Source: the human T2T-CHM13v2.0 reference genome, Homo sapiens
Length of the DNA: 64,000 nt
Assembly (NCBI RefSeq): GCF_009914755.1
Contig: NC_060943.1
Reading direction: 5' to 3' (one strand)
Shown here: piece after piece, positions 21,838-39,201 of the stretch
Numbering within the stretch: position 1 is the stretch's first letter
Layout of the letters: every line of letters starts with the position of its first letter
Program-made: the position numbers and the translations under genes
The notes under the pieces: model-generated
Seen by the model: the letters and a program-made list of their open reading frames with translations, nothing else
Told to the model about the DNA's origin: nothing
Databases searched by the model: none

Positions 21838-23445
21838 ATGACAGAGAAATTCCTTTTCCTTTATCTTTCCCTCCTTCCCATGCCCCTACTCTCACAGGCA
21901 CAGTGGAATGAAAATTCCCTTGTCAGTTTTTCCAAAATAATTGCTTCGGGAAACCATCTAAGCAACTGTTGGATCTGCCACAACTTCATCACCAGGTCCT
22001 CATCTTACCAATATATTTTGGTAAGAAATTTTTCTTTAAACCTAACATTTGGTTCAGGAATCCCTGAAGGCCAACATAAATCTGTTCCGCTCCAGGTTTC
22101 GCTTGCTAACTCAGCGCACCAAGTCCCCTGCCTGGATCTCACTCCACCTTTCAATCAAAGCTCTAAAACTTCTTTCTATTTCTACAACTGCTCTTCTCTA
22201 AACCAAACCTGTTGTCCATGCCCTGAAGGACACTGTGACAGGAAGAACACCTCTGAGGAGGGATTCCCCAGTCCCACCATCCATCCCATGAGCTTCTCCC
22301 CAGCAGGCTGCCACCCTAACTTGACTCACTGGTGTCCAGCTAAACAAATGAACGATTATCGAGACAAGTCACCCCAAAACCGCTGTGCAGCTTGGGAAGG
22401 AAAAGAGCTAATCACATGGAGGGTTCTATATTCGCTTCCCAAGGCACACACTGTCCCTACATGGCCAAAATCTACTGTTCCCCTGGGAGGGCCTCTATCC
22501 CCTGCATGCAATCAAACTATTCCAGCAGGGTGGAAATCGCAGTTACACAAGTGGTTCGACAGCCACATCCCCCGGTGGGCCTGTACCCCTCCTGGCTATG
22601 TATTTTTATGTGGGCCACAAAAAAATAAACTGCCCTTTGATGGAAGTCCTAAGATAACCTATTCAACCCCCCCTGTGGCAAACCTCTACACTTGCATTAA
22701 TAACATCCAACATACGGGAGAATGTGCTGTGGGACTTTTGGGACCACGGGGGATAGGTGTGACCATTTATAACACCACCCAACCCAGACAGAAAAGAGCT
22801 CTGGGTCTAATACTGGCAGGGATGGGTGCAGCCATAGGAATGATCGCCCCATGGGGAGGGTTCACTTATCATGATGTCACCCTCAGAAATCTCTCCAGAC
22901 AAATAGACAACATAGCTAAGAGTACCAGAGATAGCATCTCTAAACTCAAGGCCTCCATAGATTCTCTAGCAAATGTAGTCATGGACAACAGATTGGCCTT
23001 AGATTACCTCTTAGCAGAACAGGGTGGAGTCTGTGCAGTGATCAATAAATCCTGTTGCGTTTATGTCAATAACAGTGGGGCGATAGAGGAGGATATAAAA
23101 AAGATCTATGATGAGGCTACGTGGCTCCATGACTTTGGAAAAGGAGGTGCTTCAGCAAGGGCCATCTGGGAGGCTGTGAAGTCTGCCCTCCCCTCCCTCA
23201 ACTGGTTTGTCCCTTTACTGGGACCAGCAACAGTTATACTCTTACTTTTCCTCTTTGGCCCTTGTTTCTTTAATTTACTGATTAAGTGTGTCTCTTCTAG
23301 GATAAAGCAATTTCACATGAAGTCCCCCCAAATGGAAAGATATCAGCTATCTGTCATTGGAGGCCCCAGCACCTATAAGCACATCTCCCCCTTGGATGCC
23401 AGTGGGCAAAGATTCCGGGAAACTATGGAGGAATTTTCTCTCTGA
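21838..23445 (+). CDS. ERVV-2: Endogenous retrovirus group V member 2 envelope glycoprotein (EnvV2), 535 aa
   Basis: Signal peptide, CWIC (CxxC), furin site RQKR, fusion peptide ALGLILAGMGAAIG, ISD MDNRLALDYLLAEQGGVC, CX6CC (CAVINKSCC), TM FVPLLGPATVILLLFLFGPCFF, cytoplasmic tail. Length of 535 aa, Val PBS and adjacency to ZNF160 fit ERVV-2. Confidence 0.96.
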   Translation: MTEKFLFLYLSLLPMPLLSQAQWNENSLVSFSKIIASGNHLSNCWICHNFITRSSSYQYILVRNFSLNLTFGSGIPEGQHKSVPLQVSLANSAHQVPCLDLTPPFNQSSKTSFYFYNCSSLNQTCCPCPEGHCDRKNTSEEGFPSPTIHPMSFSPAGCHPNLTHWCPAKQMNDYRDKSPQNRCAAWEGKELITWRVLYSLPKAHTVPTWPKSTVPLGGPLSPACNQTIPAGWKSQLHKWFDSHIPRWACTPPGYVFLCGPQKNKLPFDGSPKITYSTPPVANLYTCINNIQHTGECAVGLLGPRGIGVTIYNTTQPRQKRALGLILAGMGAAIGMIAPWGGFTYHDVTLRNLSRQIDNIAKSTRDSISKLKASIDSLANVVMDNRLALDYLLAEQGGVCAVINKSCCVYVNNSGAIEEDIKKIYDEATWLHDFGKGGASARAIWEAVKSALPSLNWFVPLLGPATVILLLFLFGPCFFNLLIKCVSSRIKQFHMKSPQMERYQLSVIGGPSTYKHISPLDASGQRFRETMEEFSL

Positions 23446-23559
23446 GACAGAGCAAGAGAGGGAGACCCTGATGACTTCTTCGCCCCATGTCAGCAGGAAG
23501 TAGTTACAGAAGACCCACGACGTCCTTACAACCAGAGCTTTTCAGGGTCTCCATCTCTT

Positions 23560-23570
23560 GAGGAGGGAAA
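23560..23570 (+). other. Polypurine tract
   Basis: GAGGAGGGAAA directly before the 3' LTR. Confidence 0.75.
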
Positions 23571-24338
<768 letters not shown>

Positions 24339-24347
24339 AAAGGTCTA

Positions 24348-24743
<396 letters not shown>

Positions 24744-25543
24744 TTAAACGTTGGGAAAATATAATTAAAGGCAAAATAATTTTCTCCTCACCCAGAAATC
24801 CTCTCCACAAAGGAAAACAATAAATTGATAATCCCAGCCCAGTTAGTGGTTGGTGAATGCCTCTACCTTAATCAATACATGTTTCGAAGCAGTCAGCATC
24901 TATTTTCTCATGAAAGATGACTCCAGAGAACCTGGTCTTTGCTTTGCCTGGTAGGTGAGGAATACCTTAATCTTATCAGAAATATATAAATTGGTCGGGT
25001 GCGGTAGCTCATGCCTGTAATCCCAGCACTTTGGAAGTCTGAGGTGGGTGGATCACGAGGTCAGGAGATTGAGACCATCCTGGCTAACACGGTGAAACCC
25101 CGTCTCTACTAAAAATGCAAAAAATTAGCCGGGCACAGTGGCGAGTGCCTGTAGTCCCAGCTACTCAGGAGGCTGAGGCAGGAGAATGGCGTGAAACTGG
25201 GAGGCAGAACTTGCAGTGAGCTGAGATTGCGCCACTGCACTCCAGCCTGGGCGACAGAGCAAGACTCTGTCTCAAAAAAAAAAAAAAAAAAAAAGAAATA
25301 TATAAATTATGTGGTTTTTCACAATATTTACTAAATTTCTCAACTCACCCACTGTGAAGACAGCACAATTTGAAAGGGACACCACTCCCTTGTAATGGAA
25401 CACAAACTCAGCTTCTGCTCCGTAACAATAAATAGTAATAGCAATACTAAATGAAATATTAAGTAGTTTCATGTAAGTATGTATACAATTGATAGTTTGT
25501 TATTATTTTCAGTTTTGCAATTGGTACAAATTCCATAGAATAA

Positions 25544-25766
<223 letters not shown>

Positions 25767-27155
25767 TGAACTCCCAACCTCAGGTGATCTGCCCGCCTCG
25801 GCCTCCCAAAGTGCTGGGATTACAGGCGTGAGCCACCGCACCCAGCCTGAAAAGTTTTTTCTGCAGCTATTGAGATAATCATGGGGGTTTTGTCCTTAGT
25901 TCTGTTCATGTGATGAATCACATTTATTGATTTGCGTAGGTTGAACCAACCTTGCATGTCAGGGATGATATCCTTGATGAACACTGATACAAAAATCCTC
26001 AACCAAATACTAGCAAACTGAATATAGCAGCGCATCAAAAAGCTTACCCAACATGATCAAGTAGGCTTTATTGGCATATATATGCCAATAAAGTAAGATA
26101 ATGCAGAATGAATAAATCTCTAGAAATATATAACTTACTGCCAGGCGCAGTGGCTCACGCCTGTAATCCCAGTACTTTGGGAGGCTGAGGCGGGTGGATC
26201 ACAAGATCAGGAGTTCAAGACCAGCCTGACGAACATGGTGAAACCCCGTCTCTACTAAAAATACAAAAATTAGACAGGGATGGTGGTGCGTGCCTGTAAT
26301 CCCAGCAACTTAGGAGGCTGAGGCAAGAGAATTGCTTGAACCTGGAAGGCAGAGGTTGTAGTGAGCCGAGATCACGCCATTGCATTCCAGCGTGGGCGAC
26401 AGAGTGGTACTTTGTCTCAAAAAAAGAAAAGAAAAAGAAAAAGAAAAAAAAAAGAAATATATAACTTACCATCACTGAATCAAAAATAAATTGTAAAAAT
26501 CTGTACATGCCTATAAATAACACTAAAGTAGTAATGAAAATGTCCCAACAAAAGAGACCAAGTATAGACACGTAATTTGTAATCACTGCATAATTCTACT
26601 GAACATTTAATAACAAATTAACACTGAGAACAATGGTTCTCCGCTGCGACGAGCAGGAGGAAGGAAAGCTGAACAGAAACATCTTGGTGCCTAAGCCGTA
26701 TGTTGGGGGTTTACTATAAAACAAATACATTAATCATGTGATGTTTAAATAAGTCGAATATTTAATAATTACTGGGTTAAAAAATGGTTCCATCCTCTCC
26801 GATGGCAAAGAAGTTCTGATCCTCTGTCTGAGAACAATGATAACCATTTTCACCAAAAACACATTTCACAGGCGCTCCTCCAGGAATACACAGACTGTAG
26901 TCTGTGTTCTGGACTATCTGCAAATAGTTTAACATTTGCTGTTTGACATTTACATGGACTTCATATCTTAAAATGGGTAATGAGATGAAAGCATCTTATC
27001 ACTGATGTCTGTGTCTCAGCTTTCCATTCCATTCCCAGTCATGAAGAATTTGGAGTCAGAAGGCCAGGCGCGGTGGCTCACGCCTGTAATCCCAGCACTT
27101 TGGGAGGCCGAGGCAGGCAAATCACGAGGTCAGAAGATTGAGACCATCCTGGCTA

Positions 27156-27671
<516 letters not shown>

Positions 27672-27860
27672 TTAGGGGGCCCACACCCCATCTCCAATCC
27701 AGGCCCCAGTGGAGCTTCTTCCCAAGTTCATGTCACTAGGTCACGGGCAATGGAATGTAAGTGAGATAAGAGGGACTGAGGGACCGCATGGGTGAGTGAG
27801 CAAATATGTCAGGCAGGATGCTTCAGACTCAAAGACTTGCAACTCCAAAGAATGACATTT

Positions 27861-28290
27861 TGTTATTGTAGGTAACTCCTCTGGTATGAGCAGAGCAGGG
27901 CAGGGCAGGAGAGGGCTCCCCCTCCCCATACACACACATCAGGAATGTCAGGCAACTATCAGATGATGGTCAGGTGGTTGTTAAACATGTAAAATAATAG
28001 TCACAGCTGGCACCAGGGAAAGGCAGGCTCCTCACACACAGAAAACACCTGAAACTGGTGATCTGCTGCTTCCCATGAGATCTCAGGAGTTGGGCGAGTG
28101 GACTCAAGCACGCGCATGCGGACAGCCCACCCCAAGGGAAGAATCAGGGAAGCAAGACCCCGGAAGTATACCAATGTATAAAACCCCAAGTCAAAAGGTC
28201 GAAGTGCACACTTGCCTTTCAAGTCACCCACTTGGCACTTGGCCGTCTTCCAACTGTACTTTCCTTCCTTTCATTTCTGCTCTAAAGCTT

Positions 28291-28329
<39 letters not shown>

Positions 28330-29088
28330 TTGAGACAAGGCCTTGCTGTGTCACTCAGGCTGGAGTGCGATGACATCATCTTGGCTCACTGCCAACCTCC
28401 ACATCCTGGGCTCAAAAGATTCTCCTGCCTCAGCCTCCCAAGTAGCTGGGATTACAGCCATGCACCACCACACCCGGCTAATTTTTATCTTTTTTGTAGA
28501 GATGGGGTTTTGCCATGTTGCCCAGGCTGGTTTTGAACTGCTGGACTCAAGTGATACGCCCATCTCAGCCTACCAAAGCATTGAGATTACAGGTGTGAGC
28601 CACTGCGCCTGGCCATTTCTGCTCTAAAACTTTTTATTCATTCATTCATTCATTCATTCATTCATTCATTTATTTTTGAGACGGAGTTTTGCTCTTGTTG
28701 CCTAGGCTGGAGTGAAATGGCGCCATCTCGGCTCACTACAACCTCCGCCTCCCACGTTCAAGCGATTCTTCTGTCTCAGCCTCAGGTCAGGCTGATCTCG
28801 AACTCGAGACCTCAAGTGATCTGCCGCCTCAGGTCAGGCTGGTCTCGGACTCTCGACCTCACATGATCTGCCGCCTTGGCCTCCCAAAGTGCTAGGATTA
28901 TAGGCATGAGACACCGCGCCCGGCCCTGCTCTAAAACTTTTTAATAAACTTTTGCTTTCATTCCTGCTCTAAAACTTGCCTCAGTCTCTCCTTCTGCCCT
29001 ATGCCCCTCAGTTGAATTTTTTCTTCTGAGGAGGCAAGAATTGAGGTTGGTGCAGACCTGTACGGATAGGGATTCACCACCTGTAACA
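27861..29088 (+). mobile_element. Solo ERV1 LTR (MER50-like) carrying two Alus
   Basis: TGTTATTGTAGG...CTGTAACA, 4-bp TSD ATTT (27857-27860 and 29089-29092), AATAAA at ~28943. ZNF160 has the empty site GGCATTTCAGG at ~58770. Confidence 0.8.
28636..28670 (+). repeat. (TTCA)n microsatellite derived from an Alu tail
   Basis: About 8 tandem TTCA units. Confidence 0.85.
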
Positions 29089-29135
29089 ATTTCAGAAATA
29101 AGAGAAATAAAAATCAACCGATACTATTACTTTAC

Positions 29136-29220
29136 CTGAGTAAGAGCCATCCCTGTTTCCTTTTCTTCCTCTTCTAGGCATCTTCCTTGGGTAACATGAA
29201 AAAGCCTTTACAAGTCGATC
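29136..29220 (-). pseudogene. Orphan KRAB-ZNF first coding exon (ATG GCT CTT ACT CAG = MALTQ)
   Basis: Intact acceptor TTCAG|GATCGAC, ATG at 29150 and donor CAG|GTAAAG. Paralog of 58818-58912. Confidence 0.8.
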
Positions 29221-30169
29221 CTGAATGTCTAAAATATGCCATTTAATGACTGGAATCAACACCCTCATTTTTGTGCCTCAAACACCCATTCAGGGAAGCC
29301 CTCACTGTGGAAAGCCAGTTCTCTGGGAGTCATTGCACCAGATGGAACACAGGGACGACAGGCTCCTACAGGAAGACCAACAGGTGAGTTTTGGGCCCAT
29401 TTCTTCAGAACCCGCTCCCCTCCCAGAGAAGCCCACACACACACTGCAGCCGTGGGAAGCTGGGCTGGACTGAGCTTCTCTTCAGGACACAGACCCAGCC
29501 CTGACCAAACCCCATGCAGAGCACAGCCCCCCTCACCCATCTGTGGATCACAGGCTGATTTCAGCCCTTAGAAACAAAGGGCGGAGCCTGGGTGCTCAAT
29601 GCTGGACACCCATGGAATCACCTTTAAATATTATTAAGGACACGTCCCAATGTATTTGAATGAAAACTTCAGGTAAGGGGGCACCAGAGGTGTGCCTGCA
29701 AAATGCCCCAGATGCCTGCTGGACTCCCAGAGGAGAGTTGAAGAGACAATTGGACACAGGATTCCAGTGTTCAGGGGAGAGGTCTGCAGGGAACATGGAG
29801 CCGTGTAGGTGGGTTTAAAGCCATGAGATGAGATGATAAGGGCAGTGGGTGTGGGCAGAGATCAGAAGTCCGAGGGGTAAGCTGAGGGTCACTCCACATT
29901 CAGAAAACAGAGCTCAAGACATACTAGAAGAGAAAAGTGTAAAGTGATCAGGGAGGCAAGAAGAAAATTAAGAGAAATACATTTTTATTTTTTTTAATTA
30001 AAAACATTTTTGACGTGGAGTCTTGCTCTCTCGCCCAGGCTGGAGTGCAGTGGCGCGATCTCCGATGACTGCAACCTCCCTCTCTCGGGATCAAGCGATT
30101 TGCCTGCCTCACCCTCAGAGTAGCTGAGATTACAGGCGTGCAGCACCACATCCGGCTAATTTTTAGTAG

Positions 30170-30409
<240 letters not shown>

Positions 30410-30479
30410 TGATCCCTTTGGCCCACACATTCACAGGAGGGTTTGGAGTAAGACGCTTGCATCCCGGAGGAGCACATTT

Positions 30480-31330
30480 TCCAGAGGGTGGAGCTGGGCA
30501 GGCAAGAACACCGGGTGTCACAGGACAGGCCCCGGGCACCTCCCCAACGCGGGCGCAGGGGAAGCGGTGACTGCGAAGGGGAGGCCTGGGGAGCAGCAGG
30601 GCCCGGCACGAGGAGGAGGGAGGTGGGGGGCGACGGCGCCTTAGGACAGGGTAGGGTCTGCAGGAGCCTAGGACCAGGCGGAGGACGCGGTCTGCGGCGC
30701 TGCGCTCCAGGGCCGACGACGGAGAGGCTGGGAGGCGCTCAGGACGGGAATCCACCTCGCAGGTGAGGACTTTAAAAAGCGCGGGGCGGGAGGAGGGGTC
30801 AGGAAAGGGTTTTATGCGGGAAGAAGACGCGAATGGCAGGGGACAGGGACTGGTCTCAGAGCGAGTTTTACCCACATGGCGAGGTCCGTATTTACCTCGG
30901 GTGAAGGGCGCGATGCGGGGATTTTAAGGTCAGCAGAGCGGGTGTGGAAAAGCGGGACGGCGAATCGAAGGCTTAATCTACACCTAGGCACACTCTTGCT
31001 CGGCGGTGTCACCTTCACACACCGCGATCCGCTTCCGGGACTCCAAGAAACTGCACGTGCGCGCAGAGCCCGGGTAGCCTGGGGCGGAGCCCGGGGAGAG
31101 GCGGGGTCTGCAGAGGGACCGCGGGGGCGGGGCCTGTGCAGTTGTAAGGTAAAAAGCATAGAGTTGTGTGGGCCCCTTCTGTTGGAAAGCAAAATGTTTT
31201 CTTCCCACCAAGATGAAAACGGTTTATCTCAAAACTATTTTTGCCAGCAGGTTGGACCCGATCCTGCTAGGGAGTCTCCTGCAGCTCAGCGGTCTGGGAA
31301 CTGCGAATTCGGTGGGGGGAGGGGGGTCCA
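30480..31330 (-). promoter_or_regulatory. CpG island / KRAB-ZNF-type promoter (copy B)
   Basis: Very CpG-rich. ETS/GABP-like CCGGAAGC (minus, ~31031-31038), NRF1/E-box-like TGCACGTGCGCGCA at ~31052, GC boxes at ~31081 and ~31124. Confidence 0.75.
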
Positions 31331-31747
31331 GGAGGAGCAGTGAGTGATTGGATCCAGGAAAGTTCCTGCAATTCAAATTAATTGGAGTAACTTACTTTAA
31401 AAGCCCTGAAATTATCTGTGAAGGGGTTGCAAACTAGACTGTGAAATGCAAAACTGCCCGGAACAAATGTGATACGTAATGCTATTGCCCAAAGGATCCT
31501 CCTTTCCATTTCTATCCCATACCTATCTCAGGGGAAGAGTCAAGTCTGTGCTTCCAGAGACTTTTATAGGACAACACCTGGACCTTGGGCTGTGGACCGT
31601 GGAAGGCTAAAACCCGCAGTAAGCCAGATCACCAACTGCTGCTTTAAAACACGCAATAACTTTTAAAAAAAATAGATATGAATTGTATTGTTCTTCCTTA
31701 TACTTGTTATTCGGTTCCACGGTTGACAAAACCTCAAATAACTTTGA

Positions 31748-32062
<315 letters not shown>

Positions 32063-32107
32063 TAAACTTTCTTTAAATCATACTATGCTTAAATCGATAA
32101 TATCTAA

Positions 32108-33185
<1,078 letters not shown>

Positions 33186-33189
33186 CTAA

Positions 33190-33753
<564 letters not shown>

Positions 33754-33779
33754 TCACACCTGTCCACCATTTCCCAACT

Positions 33780-34530
33780 GAGCTACTGCAGCTCCCTACC
33801 TCCTGGGAGCAAGCTACCTAGGAGACACTCCATCACCCCCTTCCCTGTTTTGGCTGGGCCACACCCCTGGCTACTTAAAGCCCGAAAACACAGTGCGTGA
33901 ATCAACCTCGTTGGGTTTTGGACATGTAAGTTACCTGAGCTACCCACCACATATATACCTCTTCAACGTAACTCCTTGCTTGCTGTTGGACACTGGTGGG
34001 AACGGTGCATCTTATAGCCAGAGCTCTGTGTCACCCTGTAACATGAACTGCCCATTCTCACTCGGGTGCTCACAAACCTTATCGATAAAATTGGACAGGC
34101 TCAATAGAGCTCAACTATAAAATGGAACTGGCATATTCAAGATGAGGCACAGCAGAACCTCAAGGGACCAGTATACTCCATGAACAAATGGGTAGCTTAC
34201 AAGAAGGGGTCAAACAGTCCTTAAAGGATCCTCTGGCTCCTCTTGTGGCTACCTGGGACCCAAGATTCACATATATGCCCACCAAGTGTATGGCATGGTT
34301 TACTGATGTCTCTGCAAAACAATAAACACACAGGGTCTACTGGGCTTCAGCCCAGTGGATGGCCATTCTTTGACCCAGTGAATGGCCATTCAGCCAGTGG
34401 ATGGCCATTCTTGACTAAGACTAGACATAGACATTCCGCCTAATTAGCCAAACTGCATGCATTGGTAATGGCCCTGCAGGCCACGTCCACCACCATATCT
34501 CATCACATTTTCATGACTCATGAGCCATGC
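33780..34530 (+). pseudogene. Old ERVL-class pol fragment (connection/RNase H)
   Basis: KWNWHIQDEAQ, WFTDVSA and SA*LAKLHALVMAL resemble the ERVL RNase H motifs seen at 4650-5300. Confidence 0.55.
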
Positions 34531-34933
34531 AGACTTGTGTGGAACCCTTTAATGCTGCAGGACAGCAGGGGCTCCTTTGGTTCACCCAATCTTCGAAACT
34601 GTTGTATTAAGACCTTTGTTTCAACTTCATCAATTTCCATTTCCATTTTACTCATCCCGTTTTTTTTTTTTTTTTGAGACAGGCTCTCGCTCTCTCACCC
34701 AGGTTGGAGTGCAGTTGTCCAATCACTGCTCACTGCAGCCTCAAACTCCTGGGCTCAAGTGATCCTCCCATCCTGGCCTCCTGAGTTAGCTGGGCCCACA
34801 GAAGTTCACCACCACACCTGACTAATTTTTGTATTTTTTTGTAAAACAGGGTTTCGCCATGTTGCCCAGGCTGGTCATCCCATTTCTTAATTACCATCTA
34901 AAGATTTCCACTCTGCTGGGAGGAGAGCCATGA

Positions 34934-35307
<374 letters not shown>

Positions 35308-35565
35308 TAATGACGATTTTAAAATTTCCACCTTCATGAGGAGAAGTCCTTTGAATCTCAACTATTTTCCCCCATCCATTCTCTTCTTAATTAACTTGAT
35401 ACTGTTAATTGGCACTTGAAAGTTCCAACAGGAGATGTGGAGACAGCAAATTTGATAAGGCTTCCTGAGCTGTCTTTTGGTTTTGTAGAAGTAAGGTACC
35501 GTGGGATGTATACATTAAAGGAACAACCTTATTTTTCTCCCCTTCCTTGCTTGTAGTTCTCAAGA

Positions 35566-35970
35566 ATAACTTCAGAATGTTATTCTGAAGGTAACACCCT
35601 GAAATATGAAGAAACTGGCCAAAGCAGCCGGGCTCCATTCCAGAGCCCCCTGCCCCCCTTTCAAAGAACAGGATGTCCTTCAGTGCTTTAGGGCGGCTCA
35701 TCACGAGGCCATGTGCCATAAAACCTAGGGTGGGTGCTCTCTGGGGTCCCTCAGCATCAGTGCCGGTGGGACACCAGTAGATGAGACTCCATCTTCCCCA
35801 AGCAGTTTTCCTGAGCCTTGGGGGACCAGCTTGCAATGAATCAGTCCTAGGCTTCTACTGCCCCTTGTTGCCTGTCAGTAGTCAACTCACTTTATTGAAC
35901 TTGTGTGCATGGGTTCTGTCTCACTGGAGTCAGACATTTGGTAACCAGTGCGAAGTGAACCTATTCACAG
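35566..35970 (+). mobile_element. Short LTR-like element (family uncertain)
   Basis: TGAAGG...ATTCACA ends, TATA-like CATAAAA and LTR-like composition. Confidence 0.4.
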
Positions 35971-36579
35971 GCAAGGAGAGTCTGTAATCCTCCTACGCTT
36001 GGCAGTGGGAATGCACAATGGCACACCCACTATGGAAAACAGTATGTTGGAAAACTTCCTCAATATGGTGCCTACAAAACCTTACAGCAAACATCATATA
36101 TCATGGTCAAAAAGTGAAAGTTTCCTTCCCAGGGTTGGGGACAAGGCAAAGACGTACACTCTTACCACTTCTATTCCACATAGTGTTAGCAATTCTTGGC
36201 TGAGGGTAGTGGCTCATGTCTGTAATCCCAACACTTTGGGAGGCTGAGGCAGGAGGACTGATTGAGTCCAGGAATTTGAGACCAGACTGGGCAAGATGGG
36301 GAGACCCTATCTATCTCTACAAAAAAAAAAAATTGAAAATTGGCTGGTGGCTGGGCGAGGTGGCTCACGCCTGTAATTTAAGCACTTTGGAAAGCTGAGG
36401 CAGGAGGATCCCTTGAACCCAAATGTTCAAGACTGCAGTAAGGTCTGACTGCACCACTGCACTCCAGCCTGGGTAACAAAGCAAGACCCCATCTAGAAAA
36501 TAATAATACTAGTAATTGAAATAAGAAAAATAATAGAGACCAAAAAGGAAGGCATAATACTGTACACGATGAGATGGTT

Positions 36580-37800
36580 GTGGTAAGCTAATGACCCCCA
36601 CCCCCAAAGATACACACACAAAGGATTTCCGTATCAATAGCCCTATACCCTGTATTACATGGTATCTCAAATCAGAGTTTGCAGATGTGATCTGGCTGAG
36701 GATCTTGAGATGGCAGAATATCCAGGATTATCTGGTTGAAGCAACATAATCACAAGAGTCCATATAGGAAAAATACAGATGGACTTAGAATCACAGAGAA
36801 TTGACAATGCTTGCATAGCAAAGAGACAAAGAGATTTTATGACACTACCTTCTGGCTGTGAAAACGGAGGGACGTAGACCATGAGGTAAAGGATCTAAGT
36901 GGCCTCTGGACCTAGCAGGGGTAAAGAAATAAACTCTCCCCTAGAGAGTCAAGAAGGATCATAGTTCTGTAAACCTGACTTCTGACCACCACACATTAAC
37001 AGCATAAATTTGTGGGTTTTTTTTTTTTTTTTTTTTTGAGACAGAGTCTTGCTCTGTCGCCCAGACTAGAGTGCGGTGGCATGAACTTGGCTCACTGAAA
37101 CCTCCGCCTCAAGCAATTCTCCAGCCTCAGCCTCCTGAGTAGCTGGGATTACAGGCACGCGCCACCGCACCCAGCTAATTTCTGTAGTTTTAGTAGAGAT
37201 GGGGTTTCGCCATCTTGGCCAGGCTGGTCTCAAACTCCTGACCTCATGATCCACCTGCCTCGGCCTCCCAAAGTACTGGGATTACAGGCGTGAGCCACCA
37301 TGCCCAGCCTAAATTTGTGTTGTTTTAAGCCACTCACTTTGTGGTAATTGTTACAGCAGCAATGGGAAATTAAGTTTATGTAGAAAACCCTAAGAAATCT
37401 AAAAAATCTGGAGAACGAGATTTTAAGGAAATAGACTACCAAATTAACATACAAAAACTACTTTATTTCTATATACTAGCAATTAATACATGGAAATTGA
37501 AAATAAAATACAATACTCCTCTGGTTTGAATATCCCCAACAAAACTCATTTGGAAACTTGATCCCCGGTGTGGCCATATTGAGAAGTGGGGCCTTTAAGA
37601 GGTCATTGGATCATGAGAGCTCTGCTGTCATGAATGAATCAATCCATGCACAGATTAATGGACTGTGTTATCATGGGAGCAGAAGTGGTGGTTTTATAGG
37701 AAGAAGAGAGACCTGAGCAAACAGCATACTCAGTGCTCTCACAATGATGTGCTACATTGCTTCAGGATGCTGCAGAGTGTCCACCAAGAAACCCTAACCA
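36580..37800 (+). mobile_element. MaLR LTR remnants (MLT1-type ~36580-37380; MST-type ~37520-37790)
   Basis: MLT1 hallmarks GAGGATCTTGAGATGG and TTTAAGCCAC...TTTGTGGTAATTGTTACAGCAGCAAT; MST hallmarks GGTTTGAAT...CCCC...AAAACTCAT...GGGGCCTTTAAGAGG. Confidence 0.6.
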
Positions 37801-38143
37801 GCACTGACCAAAGGTCAAAAAATGTCTAGTAAGGAGACCTTTATTTCTTACACAGGGTTGCAGCCTGCAGGCTGGGAAGCATGGTCTCTACCAGAAACAA
37901 CACAGGCAGTTCAGAGGAGGAAAGTTGCGGCAGGAATTTATACTGAATAGCAATATGTTGGATATTAAGTAAACATACTCAATAGGTTATGGGAGAGTCA
38001 TGCGTGTGTGATAAGCAAACATACATGTTCCTAGTTTATCTACCAGAACAAAATAAAATTCTCATTTTCTATATTCACTCTTAAGAGGAAACTCATGAAC
38101 ATTAATCTTTTCAAATTATATCAATATTCCAAGAACATCATGA

Positions 38144-38546
<403 letters not shown>

Positions 38547-39195
38547 TGATCTCCATTAATAGAACCTCTGCCTCTTGGATTCAAGCAATTCTCCTGCCTC
38601 AGCCTCCCAAGTAGCTGAGACTACAGGCATGCACCACTAAGCCCAGCTAAGTTTGTATTTTTAGTAGAGATGGGGTTTCACTATGCTGGCCAGGCTGGTC
38701 TCTCCTGACTTCAGGTGATCTGCTTGCCTTGGCCTCCCAAAGTACTGGGATTACAGGTGTGAGCCACCGTGCCTGGCCTGATTTATATTTCTCGCATTCT
38801 TACTATGTATTTTCACTTCATGGAAACCAAGATGCATAGCATGGGTCTTATTTGGCACACAAGAAACTGATGTGGAAATATAATAATGTGGTGCATATGC
38901 ATCAATGGCAATGCAGATTTTGGGGTGTAAGAATGTGAAATTAACTTTCAGTAAGATTTTCATTATACCCCAATAAGTATCCTAAGCCACAGTGTGGGGC
39001 ACGTAATTCAAGCACAAAATGCGGTTATAGGTTTCCAAAACTGCGTTATTTGATTTCACCATGAAAAAAATTGTTCTTGATCGTTTAAGAGCCTAGTGGT
39101 GTACTGCTATTGTGTTATGGAGTATCCTACTGAGACAGGATAAAACTATGTTGGCAGAAAGAATGTGATTCATTCATAGAGAAAAACCATTCTAT

Positions 39196-39201
39196 TTTAT
39201 T
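39196..39201 (-). terminator. Candidate ZNF160 poly(A) signal
   Basis: TTTATT on + (AATAAA on -), ~1.4 kb past the stop codon. Confidence 0.5.

Noticed and set aside
21838-23445. Calling the env ERVV-1 or syncytin-1/2
   Set aside because: The full 535-aa length with complete TM and tail, the Val PBS and the position next to ZNF160 indicate ERVV-2; ERVV-1 is shorter as I recall.
34350-34415. Triple CCAGTG.ATGGCCATTC repeat
   Set aside because: Small duplication in a decayed ERVL fragment; no sign of function.
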